Source of the DNA: Pirellulales bacterium
GTDB lineage: Bacteria > Planctomycetota > Planctomycetia > Pirellulales > UBA1268
Direction: 5' to 3'
DNA length: 24,909 bases
Assembly: GCA_964202525.1 (NCBI GenBank)
Contig: CAXNJC010000001.1
Location: forward strand, 1-24,909
Shown piece after piece: positions 1 to 8,234 of this stretch (within the stretch, counting starts at the first letter, position 1; the number at the start of each line of letters is the position of its first letter). The position numbers and the translations under genes are program-made. The notes under the pieces were generated by a model, which did not search any database, was not told where the DNA came from, and saw nothing but the letters and a program-made list of their open reading frames with translations.

Positions 1-1
1 T

Positions 2-2536
2 TCATGCGGCCCGGTGGTCGTCTGCCTGCATGGCAACCCCACCTGGGGCTTTCTGTTTCGGAACGTCGTCGCCGGCCTGCGGCACGAGTTCCGGGTGATC
101 GTGCCCGATCACGTGGGCTGCGGGCTATCGGACCGGCCGCGCGACGCCCTCTTTCGGGCCGCCGACCGCATCGCCCACCTCGAGGAGTTTCTCGACCGGC
201 TCGGCGTCGGCAGGTTCTCGCTGGTCATGCACGACTGGGGCGGGCCGCTCGGCACCGGCCTCGCCGTCCGGCGAGCGGAGCGGGTCGAGCGGCTCGTGTA
301 CTTCAACACCACGCTCGCGGAGACGGACCTCCTGCCGGCGATGATCCGGCGGGCCGCGGCGCCCGTGATCGGCCGGGTGCTCACGCAGCACACCGCCCGA
401 TTCGTCTCGCTGCTCACGTCGCTCGGCGCGTCGCGGCCCTTGCCGGAGGAAGTCCGCCAGGCCTACCACCGCCCCTATCGTACCGCCGAGAGCCGTCGCG
501 CGATCTGGGGATTCGTCCACGATATTCCCTTCTCGAGAAGCCATCCGACCGCGGCCCTGATGGACGACCTCGTGGCCCGGCTTCCGGTGCTCGCGGGCAA
601 GCCCGTGCGGCTCGTGTGGGGCATGAAGGATCCGTGCTTCCATGCCGAGATCCTCGACCGCGTGGCCGCGCGGTTTCCCGGCGCCGATGTGGTGCGCGTC
701 CCCGACGCCTCGCACCTCGTGCTGGAGGACGCGGCTAGCGAATCGACCGCCGCGGTGCGCGACTTCCTGCGGCCGCTCGTGCCGGTCGCGGCCGGACTGT
801 CGGAGGTGCCGCCGCGGCCGGCCTCCCGCGTGGAGGAATCCGCGCCCGCCGCGGCCCGGCCCGGCGCGGTGAGTGGCCTCTACGGCTCCCTGCAGGCGGC
901 GGCCGCCGCTGCGCCATGGGTGTCGGCGGTCACGAAGGTGTCGTTTCCGCGCTGGAGCCGGCGGCCCCGCTACGACGCGATCGACTTCGCGGCCCTCGCC
1001 GCCCGCATCGACGCCTACGAGCGCGGCCTCACCGAGGCCGGGCTGCGGGCCGCCGAGCGGGTGATCATGCTCGTCAGGCCGGGCGTCGACTTCCTGGCGC
1101 TCAGCTACGCGGTGATGGGGCGGGGGGCCGTGCCGGTGTTCATCGATCCGGGCATGGGGATCGACGCCGTCGTCGCCTGCATGCGGGAGGCGGCCCCGAC
1201 CGGCTTTATCGGCGTGCCTCGGGCCCACCTCCTGCGGCTCAAGGCGGCGGATGTCTTCGGCTCGCTGCGGTTCTGCGTCGTCGCGGGCCGCGTCTCGCTG
1301 TTCGGGGCCATGCCGCTGCGGCGGCTGCGGCGTCCAGCGGCCGCCCGCCCCGAGCCGGTTGCGCGGCAGGCCGACGATCCGGCCCTCGTCGCCTTCACGT
1401 CCGGCGCCACGGGCAGGCCGAAGGGCGTGATCTTCACCAACCGCATGCTGACGGAGCAGTTGGCCGTCTTCCGCGGCCAGTTCGGCTTCCGCGGTGGCGA
1501 GCAGGACCTTCCGCTCCTGCCCGTGTTCAGCCTGTTCACGGCGGCCCTCGGGGTGGGCAGCATCTTCCCGCCGCTCGACCCCAGCCGGCCGCTGGCGCTC
1601 GTGCCGGCGCAGATCATCCGCGTGATGCGCGACCTCGGCAACCAGACCTCGTTCGGCTCGCCCGCGCTCTGGACCAAGCTCGCCGATTATTGCCGGCGGA
1701 CCGGCACCTCGCTGCCGAGCCTGCGGCGGGTGTTCATGGCGGGGGCGCCGGTGTCGCCGGCCACCATCGAACTGGTGCGCAACGCCTGCCCCCAAGCGGA
1801 GAGCTTCACGCCCTACGGCGCCACCGAGGCGCTGCCGGTCACGCTCGCCGCGGCGACCGATCTCCGCGGGCTCCCCCCGATCGCGGCCCTCACCGGCGAG
1901 CAGGGCACGCCCGTCGGCCATGCGATCGAGGGCGTGGCGCTGCGGGTGGTGCAGCCGGTGGATGATCCGGCGGGGGCGATGCTGGTCGACTGCCCGGAGC
2001 GGGTGATCGGCGAGATCGTCGTCAGCGGCGGCACGGTGAGCCGGGAGTACCTCGCCCGTCCGGAGGCGAATGCGGCCAGCAAGATCCTCGAGTCCGGCCG
2101 CGTCTGGCACCGGATGGGCGACATGGGCTACCTCGACGTCGCGGGACGCCTCTGGTTCTGCGGGCGGAAGGCCCATGTCGTGACGACGCCCGACCGCGTG
2201 CATCACAGCGTGCCGGTCGAGAATGTCTTCAATCGTCATCCCGCGGTGCGCCGCACCGCGCTGATCGCCGTGGATGGTCGGCCGGCGCTGGCGGTGGAGC
2301 CGCAGGGGCGCAGGCTCGGAGTCGATGCCCGCCGGCGGCTGGCGGCCGAACTTCGCGCGCTCGGCGCCGCCGACCCGGTCACGGCCGCGATCAGGCGGTT
2401 CTACTTCCACGACTCGTTTCCAGTCGATGCCCGCCACAACGCCAAGATCTTCCGCGACCGGCTCGCCGAGTGGGCGGTCACGCAGACGCCCGTCGAGGTC
2501 GACGGTGGCCCGCCGACCACCGAGGCTTCGGCATGA
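2..2536 (+). CDS. oleBC: OleB-OleC fusion (alpha/beta-hydrolase beta-lactone decarboxylase + AMP-dependent beta-lactone synthetase), 5' end outside window
   Basis: Frame is open from base 2 (SCGPVVCLHGNPTW), so the GTG at 14 is probably not the start. N-terminal half has HGNPTW, HDWGG nucleophile elbow, WGMKD and SHLVLED (HLD/OleB-type). C-terminal half has FTSGATGRPKG P-loop, YGATE, HRMGD and the OleC-typical RHNAKIFR. Directly followed by oleD. Confidence 0.85.
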   Translation, partial: SCGPVVVCLHGNPTWGFLFRNVVAGLRHEFRVIVPDHVGCGLSDRPRDALFRAADRIAHLEEFLDRLGVGRFSLVMHDWGGPLGTGLAVRRAERVERLVYFNTTLAETDLLPAMIRRAAAPVIGRVLTQHTARFVSLLTSLGASRPLPEEVRQAYHRPYRTAESRRAIWGFVHDIPFSRSHPTAALMDDLVARLPVLAGKPVRLVWGMKDPCFHAEILDRVAARFPGADVVRVPDASHLVLEDAASESTAAVRDFLRPLVPVAAGLSEVPPRPASRVEESAPAAARPGAVSGLYGSLQAAAAAAPWVSAVTKVSFPRWSRRPRYDAIDFAALAARIDAYERGLTEAGLRAAERVIMLVRPGVDFLALSYAVMGRGAVPVFIDPGMGIDAVVACMREAAPTGFIGVPRAHLLRLKAADVFGSLRFCVVAGRVSLFGAMPLRRLRRPAAARPEPVARQADDPALVAFTSGATGRPKGVIFTNRMLTEQLAVFRGQFGFRGGEQDLPLLPVFSLFTAALGVGSIFPPLDPSRPLALVPAQIIRVMRDLGNQTSFGSPALWTKLADYCRRTGTSLPSLRRVFMAGAPVSPATIELVRNACPQAESFTPYGATEALPVTLAAATDLRGLPPIAALTGEQGTPVGHAIEGVALRVVQPVDDPAGAMLVDCPERVIGEIVVSGGTVSREYLARPEANAASKILESGRVWHRMGDMGYLDVAGRLWFCGRKAHVVTTPDRVHHSVPVENVFNRHPAVRRTALIAVDGRPALAVEPQGRRLGVDARRRLAAELRALGAADPVTAAIRRFYFHDSFPVDARHNAKIFRDRLAEWAVTQTPVEVDGGPPTTEASA

Positions 2537-3516
2537 GGGCGGTTGTGACGGGCGGGGGCGGCTTCGTCGGGGGCGCCCTCTGCGCGCGTCTGCGGGCCGA
2601 CGGCCACGGCGTGATCGCCGTGGGCAGGCGGCCGAACCCGCGGGCCGTGGGCCTCGGGATCCGCAGCGAGGTCTGCGATCTGACGGCCGCCGACGCCCGC
2701 TCCCGGCTGGCGGAGATCGTCACCGGCGTGGACTGCGTGTTTCACACCGCGGCGCACGTGAAGATGTGGGGGCCCCGCGAGACATTCGTCCGCGGCAACG
2801 CGGTCGCGACCGACACCGTGATCGCGGCGTGTCGTGACGCGCGGGTGGGCAGGCTCGTGTTCACGAGTTCCCCGAGCGTGGTCGCCGCTGACCACGACCT
2901 CCGAGGCGTCGGCGAATCGCAGCCGTATCCCTCGACGTACCGCGCCCTCTACCCCGAGACGAAGGCCGCCGCGGAGCGGGCCGTGCTCGCGGCGCACGGC
3001 AGCGAACTGCAAACGATCGCCCTCCGGCCGCACCTGATCTTCGGCCCGGGCGACACGAACCTGGTGCCCACGATCCTGAGGCGGGCCCGGGCCGGCCGGC
3101 TCGTGAAGGTGGGCGCCGGGAAGAACCTCGTCGATCTCACGTTCATCGACGACTGCGTGTCGGCTCACGTCCTGGCCGCCGAAGCCCTTTCCGCGCGGCC
3201 GTCCGCCGGAGGTCGCGCCTACTTCATCAGCCAGGGCACGCCGGTGCCGCTTTGGGACTGGATCGACCGCGTGCTCGCGTTTCACGGCCTGCCGCCGGTT
3301 CGCCGTCGCATGTCGCTGGCCACGGCGGTCGTCCTGGCGACGTTCGCCGAGACCGCGTGGAGGACGCTCGGGCTCCGATCCGACCCGCCGCTGACACGGT
3401 TCCTGGCGGAGGAGATGGCGACCGACCACTGGTTCGACATCGCCGCCGCCCGCCGGGAACTCGGCTACGAGCCGAGCTGCACCGTCTGGGAGGCGACGGA
3501 GCGGTCATTCGCCTGA
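2533..3516 (+). CDS. oleD: OleD-like NAD(P)H-dependent reductase (3-beta-HSD/epimerase family, extended SDR)
   Basis: ATG at 2533 overlaps the oleBC stop (ATGA). TGGGGFVG dinucleotide motif, FHTAAHV, TSSPSVV, YPETK (YxxxK), LRPHLIFGPGD. Context next to oleBC. Confidence 0.85.
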   Translation: MRAVVTGGGGFVGGALCARLRADGHGVIAVGRRPNPRAVGLGIRSEVCDLTAADARSRLAEIVTGVDCVFHTAAHVKMWGPRETFVRGNAVATDTVIAACRDARVGRLVFTSSPSVVAADHDLRGVGESQPYPSTYRALYPETKAAAERAVLAAHGSELQTIALRPHLIFGPGDTNLVPTILRRARAGRLVKVGAGKNLVDLTFIDDCVSAHVLAAEALSARPSAGGRAYFISQGTPVPLWDWIDRVLAFHGLPPVRRRMSLATAVVLATFAETAWRTLGLRSDPPLTRFLAEEMATDHWFDIAAARRELGYEPSCTVWEATERSFA

Positions 3517-3536
3517 GGCCGCACCGAGCCACTCGC

Positions 3537-3743
3537 GTCAGGAAGCGTAACCGCGTGAGCGGTACGGCTGCAGCCCGCCGGACTCGGCTACGGGCCCGCA
3601 TCGCTCACGCGATGGCGGCTTGCTGGGGCATGTACGCTTCGGGGGATACCGGTGCAGGAAGCGTAACCGCGTGAGCGGTACGGCTGCAGCCCGCCGGACT
3701 CGGCTACAGGCCCGCATCGCTCACGCGATGGCGGCTTCCTGAC
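3537..3743. repeat. REP/MITE-like doublet: two 83-bp palindromic units (3539-3621, 3655-3737) with a 33-bp spacer, whole element bounded by 10-bp inverted repeats
   Basis: Units are identical except G3592/A3708 (period 116). Each contains CGCGTGAGCG...CGCTCACGCG. Ends are GTCAGGAAGC (3537-3546) and GCTTCCTGAC (3734-3743). Lies between the convergent oleD and pntB stops. Confidence 0.85.
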
Positions 3744-3763
3744 CAGCGGACGCCGGCGGTGCT

Positions 3764-5233
3764 TCAGCCCCGCTGAAGCGCCGCCGTGAGATCCAGTATC
3801 GCCTTCTTCCCGTCGGCGAAGTACATCAGCGTGTTGTCGGCGGCGAACAGCGGATTAGGAATGCCCGCGAAGCCCGGCGAGAGCGATCGCTTCACCACCA
3901 CCACCGTCTTCGCCTTGTCGACGTCGAGGATCGGCATCCCCGCGATGGGACTCTGCGGATCGGTGCGGGCCGCCGGGTTCACCACGTCGTTGGCCCCGAT
4001 CACGATCGCCACGTCGGTCTCCGGGAAGGTGGGATTGATGTCGTCCATCTCGCGGAGTTTCTCGTAGGGGATGTCGGCCTCGGCGAGGAGCACGTTCATG
4101 TGGCCGGGCATACGGCCGGCCACGGGGTGGATCGCGTACTCGACGGTGGTGCCCCGTTTCTCGAGGGCGTTGGCCAGTTCGCGGACCGCATGCTGCGCCT
4201 GGGCGACGGCGAGACCGTAGCCCGGCACGATCACGACGCGGTCGGCCCCCTCGAGCACCATGGCGATCTCCTCGGCGCTGGCGCTCTTCACCTTCCCGGC
4301 GTAGATGTCGTCGGCACTGGCGGCGGTGGTCGTGCCGAGGCCACCGAACAGCACGCCGACCAGTGACCGATTCATCGCCCGGCACATGATCGCCGTGAGG
4401 ATCAGCCCCGACGCGCCCACCAGCGAGCCGGCGATCACGAGCACCGAGTTGTCGATCACGAAGCCGGCCGCGGCGGCGGCGAGCCCCGAGTAGCTGTTGA
4501 GCAGGCAGATCACCACGGGCATGTCGGCTCCGCCGATCGGCATCGTGAGCGTGATGCCGAGCAGGCTGCCGAGCACGACGAGCAGCAGGTAGAGCGTCAT
4601 CCACGTGGGATGGGCGATCAGGCTCCAGATGACGAGCAGCGTGAGGACTGCCAGCCCGAGGTTGATCCAGTGCCGCCGTGGGTCGGTCCAGGCCTGCTTG
4701 AACGCCGGCAGCTCCTCGAGCTTGCCGAAAGCCACGAGGCTTCCCCAGAAGGTGACCGCGCCGATCAGGCCGGTGAGCGCGGTGGCGATCGCGAACTGGG
4801 TCCAGGGGGCGAGCTGCATTCCGGCCCAGGCGGCCGAGGCGGCCTGCGCCTCGCCGGTCTGGAGCGCCCGGAACTGCATGTTCCAGAGCTCGGCGCCGGC
4901 CACGAGGGCGGAGGCGGCGCCGCCGAACCCGTTGAGCAGGGCCACCATCTGCGGCATGCCGGTCATGGGATACTTCACCGCCATCACGGCCCCGATCACG
5001 CCGCCGATCACCGCCGCGATGCCGAGCAGCACCAGGGGCATCGGGCCCCGGCTCGTCACGCTCGCGACCACGTCCTTCTCGAAGCAGGCGGCGGCCAGGG
5101 CGATCGCCATGCCGGCGGCGCCCAGATAGTTGCCGCGTACGGCCGTCCGGGGGCCGGTCATGAGCTTGAAGGCCACGATGAACAGCATCGAGGCCGCGAG
5201 GTACGCGAGGTTGATCCAGGCCTGGGGCGACAT
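3764..5233 (-). CDS. pntB: NAD(P) transhydrogenase subunit beta
   Basis: MPQMVALLNGFGG, MPIGGADMPVVICLLNSYSG, VPGYGLAVAQAQH, IHPVAGRMPGHMNVLLAEA, IGANDVVNPAA. Start placed at MSPQ (5233) because the longer ORF overlaps pntAb. Confidence 0.95.
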   Translation of the reverse strand: MSPQAWINLAYLAASMLFIVAFKLMTGPRTAVRGNYLGAAGMAIALAAACFEKDVVASVTSRGPMPLVLLGIAAVIGGVIGAVMAVKYPMTGMPQMVALLNGFGGAASALVAGAELWNMQFRALQTGEAQAASAAWAGMQLAPWTQFAIATALTGLIGAVTFWGSLVAFGKLEELPAFKQAWTDPRRHWINLGLAVLTLLVIWSLIAHPTWMTLYLLLVVLGSLLGITLTMPIGGADMPVVICLLNSYSGLAAAAAGFVIDNSVLVIAGSLVGASGLILTAIMCRAMNRSLVGVLFGGLGTTTAASADDIYAGKVKSASAEEIAMVLEGADRVVIVPGYGLAVAQAQHAVRELANALEKRGTTVEYAIHPVAGRMPGHMNVLLAEADIPYEKLREMDDINPTFPETDVAIVIGANDVVNPAARTDPQSPIAGMPILDVDKAKTVVVVKRSLSPGFAGIPNPLFAADNTLMYFADGKKAILDLTAALQRG

Positions 5234-5247
5234 CGGGGCTCCGTGGC

Positions 5248-5589
5248 TCACTTCTTCTTGGGGTTGAACATCGCGAGCATGCGGTGCGTGACCACGAAGC
5301 CGCCGACCACGTTGATCATCGCCAGCAGGAGCGCCAGCAGGCCGAAGATCGTGCCGAAGCTCGTGGCCATCGCCCCGGCCACGACGATCGCGCCCACGGC
5401 GGTGATGCCCGAAATCGCGTTGGAGCCGCTGGTCAGCGGCGTATGCAGTCGCTGGGGCACCTTGGTGATCACCTCGAAGCCGACCCACATGGCCAGCAGG
5501 AACACGGTCAGCAGCCGGATGAACCGGGCGGCGGCGTCTTCCGTGGCGGCGGCGTCGGCAAGCAGAGGAACGAGCGAGAGAGCGTTCAT
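5248..5589 (-). CDS. pntAb: NAD(P) transhydrogenase subunit alpha part 2 (membrane part)
   Basis: 113 aa hydrophobic protein with VPQRLHTPLTSGSNAISG and INVVGGFVVTHRMLAMF, lying between pntAa and pntB. Confidence 0.92.
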   Translation of the reverse strand: MNALSLVPLLADAAATEDAAARFIRLLTVFLLAMWVGFEVITKVPQRLHTPLTSGSNAISGITAVGAIVVAGAMATSFGTIFGLLALLLAMINVVGGFVVTHRMLAMFNPKKK

Positions 5590-5617
5590 GCGCGGGGTGG
5601 TCCCGGTGGCGGGGCGG

Positions 5618-6784
5618 TCAGGAGGGGACGGACTCGAGCGGCGGCAGTCCGGCCCGTTCCCGGACCTTCGGGTGCACGAGCTGACCGCCGCGGGCGACGA
5701 GGGTTTCACGCCCGATCTCGTCGTCGGCGACGTTGGGGAAGCCGGCCTTGACGAGGTGGGCGAGGAACGTGACGACGTTCTTGGAGTACAGCTGGCTGGT
5801 GTGGAACGCCGCCTCGGCCGGCAGGTTCGTGGGGCCGAGGATCGTGACGCCGCCAACGACCACCGTCTCGTCGGGCCGCGAGCCGGCGCAGTTGCCGCCC
5901 CGTTCCGTCGCAAGGTCGACCACCACGCTGCCCGGCCGCATGCGTGCGACCATGTCGGCCGTCACCAGGACCGGCGCCTTCTGGCCCGGGATCAGGGCCG
6001 TGCACATCACGACGTCGGAATCGGCGACCACCTTGCCGAGCAGGTCCCGCTGCCGGGCGTAGAACTCCTCGCCCATCGCCTTGGCGTAGCCTCCGGCAGC
6101 CTCGCTGGCGCCGGTCTCGAGGGGCAGTTCCACGAACTTGGCCCCCAGGCTCTGGACCTGCTCCTTCACGGCGGGCCGCACGTCGTAGGCGCTCACCTGC
6201 GCGCCGAGCCGCTTGGCGGTGGCGATGGCCTGCAGGCCGGCGACGCCCGCACCGAGCACGAGCACCTTGGCCGGGGTGAGCGTGCCCGCCGCGGTCGTCA
6301 TCATCGGCAGGATGCGGGGTAGGGCCGCGGCCGCGACGATCACGGCGCGGTAGCCGGCGATGTTGGCTTGGCTGGAGAGCACGTCCATGCTCTGGGCCCG
6401 CGTGATCCGGGGCACGAGTTCCAAGGCGAAGATGGTCAGCCCGCGCTCGGCGGCGGCCAGGCAGACTTCCGGCGCGGACAGCGGATCGCACATCGCCACC
6501 AGCGCGGCGTCCGGGCGGAGCCGGTCGCGCTCCGCAGCCCAGCAGTCACCGGCGGCCCCGCAGGCCCGCACCGCCACCACGCAGTCGGCGGCGAGCGCCT
6601 CGTCCCGGGAAACGATCGCCGCCCCCGCCGAGCGATAGTCGTCGTCCGCGAAGCCGGCGGCCACCCCGGCTGCCGACTCGACGGCCACGTCGAGGCCGAG
6701 TTTCACCAAGGCCCCGACACCCGCCGGCACCACGGCCACGCGGCGTTCGCCGGGGACGGTTTCCTTGAGGATCGCGACCTTCAT
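5618..6784 (-). CDS. pntAa: NAD(P) transhydrogenase subunit alpha part 1 (domain I, NAD(H)-binding)
   Basis: MKVAILKETVPGERRVA, VPRITRAQSMDVLSSQANIAGY, VLGAGVAGLQAIATA, DVRPAVKEQVQSLG, TALIPGQKAP. Confidence 0.95.
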   Translation of the reverse strand: MKVAILKETVPGERRVAVVPAGVGALVKLGLDVAVESAAGVAAGFADDDYRSAGAAIVSRDEALAADCVVAVRACGAAGDCWAAERDRLRPDAALVAMCDPLSAPEVCLAAAERGLTIFALELVPRITRAQSMDVLSSQANIAGYRAVIVAAAALPRILPMMTTAAGTLTPAKVLVLGAGVAGLQAIATAKRLGAQVSAYDVRPAVKEQVQSLGAKFVELPLETGASEAAGGYAKAMGEEFYARQRDLLGKVVADSDVVMCTALIPGQKAPVLVTADMVARMRPGSVVVDLATERGGNCAGSRPDETVVVGGVTILGPTNLPAEAAFHTSQLYSKNVVTFLAHLVKAGFPNVADDEIGRETLVARGGQLVHPKVRERAGLPPLESVPS

Positions 6785-6919
6785 GCGGAATCCTGCGGCA
6801 GGCTGGGGGGCGGTCGGCCAGATTCTCCCACCGAGGGCGTGCCGCGTCCACGTCGCCACCCGCCGGACGCCGGGCGCCGGGCGAAACCATGGCGAATCCC
6901 CGCGTGCCGTGGGCATCGC

Positions 6920-6948
6920 TTGCCCGAGGCGGGAGCCATTGTTAGGCT
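6920..6948 (+). promoter_or_regulatory. Candidate sigma70-type promoter for rplM-rpsI
   Basis: TTGCCC (6920-6925), 17-nt spacer, TAGGCT (6943-6948) preceded by TGn (extended -10), about 150 nt upstream of the rplM ATG. Confidence 0.5.
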
Positions 6949-7097
6949 CCGCGATCCGGGTCCATGGCCGAAATCCGGCCGTCGTGGCTGACCCTCGGCC
7001 GTCCGGATCCCTCGGGTCGCCGGCGGGCTCATGGGCCCGCGACCCGCCCGATTCCGATTGTCCCGAGTCCCTGGTTCACCCAACGATCGAGCGACAG

Positions 7098-7529
7098 ATG
7101 AAGACGTTCATGGCCAAGCCCGGTGAGGTCGAGCAGCGGTGGTGGGTGGTCGATGCGAGCGGCCGTCGCGTCGGGCGGCTCGCGTCCGAGATCGCCATGG
7201 TGTTGATGGGCAAGCATCGCCCGACCTACACCCCGCACGTCGACACGGGCGACCACGTCGTCGTCATCAACGCCGACAAGGTCGAGTTCAGCGGCAAGAA
7301 GTGGCAGCAGAAGATCTACCGCTGGTACACGGGCTACCAGGGCCTCAAGACCGAGACCGCCGAGAACCGGCGGGATCGTCGTCCGGAGCTGATCGTGGAG
7401 GAGGCCGTGCGGCGAATGCTCCCCAAGACCCGCCTGGGGCGGAAGATGCTCGACAAGCTGAAGGTATACGCCGGCAGCGAGCATCCTCACCAGCCGCAGC
7501 GGCCGGAGCCGATGGAACTGGGTGCCTGA
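7098..7529 (+). CDS. rplM: 50S ribosomal protein L13
   Basis: MKTFMAKPGEVEQRWWVVDA, GKHRPTYTPHVDTGDHVVVINA, RRMLPKTRLG, KLKVYAGSEHPH. Confidence 0.98.
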   Translation: MKTFMAKPGEVEQRWWVVDASGRRVGRLASEIAMVLMGKHRPTYTPHVDTGDHVVVINADKVEFSGKKWQQKIYRWYTGYQGLKTETAENRRDRRPELIVEEAVRRMLPKTRLGRKMLDKLKVYAGSEHPHQPQRPEPMELGA

Positions 7530-7609
7530 GCCGCGCCCCGGCTGGCGAGATTCGCACGCAGCACACGTTTCGAACACACGTCCTGAAGTAAGAGATACGG
7601 GAGAGCACG

Positions 7610-8032
7610 ATGACGGTCGAGCAGGGAGTCACGGCGACGCGGCGCGGAGACGAAATCATCGCCACGGGCCGGCGCAAGACGGCCGTGGCCCGCGTTCGCC
7701 TCCGGGCGGGCAAGGGCGAGATCACGATCAATGGTCGCGAACTCGATGCCTACTTTCCTGCGATCAAGGACCGCGCGCTCATCTCCGGAGCGCTTGAGCA
7801 GGTCGGCAAGCGCGGCGATGTGAAGGTGTCGATTCGCGTGGACGGCGGCGGGTCCACGGGCCAGGCCGGTGCCTGCAGGCTCGGCATCGCCCGGGCGCTG
7901 AAGGTGTTCGACGCCGAACTCGCCGAGCCGCTCCGCCAGGGAGGCCTCCTGACCCGGGACGGCCGGATGAAGGAGCGGAAGAAGTACGGCCTGCGGGGCG
8001 CCCGCCGCGGCACGCAGTTCTCGAAGCGCTGA
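7610..8032 (+). CDS. rpsI: 30S ribosomal protein S9
   Basis: TGRRKTAVARV, GGGSTGQAGACRLGIARAL, LLTRDGRMKERKKYGLRGARRGTQFSKR; follows rplM. Confidence 0.98.
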   Translation: MTVEQGVTATRRGDEIIATGRRKTAVARVRLRAGKGEITINGRELDAYFPAIKDRALISGALEQVGKRGDVKVSIRVDGGGSTGQAGACRLGIARALKVFDAELAEPLRQGGLLTRDGRMKERKKYGLRGARRGTQFSKR

Positions 8033-8053
8033 CCCGGTCGATCCGTGGCCGAC

Positions 8054-8131
8054 CCGGCTGGCCCTGGGCCAGCCGGCCGCAGCCGGAGCATTCGGCACGA
8101 CCCGCGCGGTCGGCCCGGGGGGGTGTTTTTT
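8054..8131 (+). terminator. Possible terminator region after rpsI
   Basis: Perfect 11-bp inverted repeat CCGGCTGGCCC-T-GGGCCAGCCGG (8054-8076), then a weaker GC-rich stem ending in a T6 run (8126-8131). The strong stem and the T run are not adjacent, so the call is weak. Confidence 0.35.
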
Positions 8132-8234
8132 CGTCCCCGCGAGGCCGAAAGCATACTAGAGTCGTCGGAGAGGGTCTGTCCGCGGGGCAGGCTCCTGTCC
8201 GTTCCGGCCGCCGTCGGTGTCCATGAGGTGCCCC

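Noticed and set aside
125-2437. Long antisense or alternative-frame ORFs (also 4610..6322, 7779..9827, 10714..12222, 12240..15536, 15533..18349)
   Set aside because: They overlap well-supported genes, are Arg/Gly/Pro/Ala-rich with no recognisable motifs, and are expected shadows of GC-rich coding sequence.
2-3516. Haloalkane dehalogenase and 3-beta-hydroxysteroid dehydrogenase calls
   Set aside because: These are the generic family labels; fusion to an OleC-type ligase and the gene order point to OleB and OleD.
3539-3737. CRISPR array (repeat-spacer-repeat with a 33-bp spacer)
   Set aside because: The repeat is 83 bp, far longer than CRISPR repeats; there are only two copies, no cas genes in the window and no AT-rich leader.
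2533-6784. Functional coupling of transhydrogenase (NADPH supply) to OleD
   Set aside because: The genes are convergent and separated by a repeat element; adjacency alone is not evidence.
6765-7097. N-terminal extensions implied by ORF-track starts for rplM, pntB, pntAa, pntAb, purF, fabZ, oleD and the ABC ATPase
   Set aside because: Family-typical N-termini and ribosome-binding sites or stop/start overlaps support the shorter starts given in the feature list.
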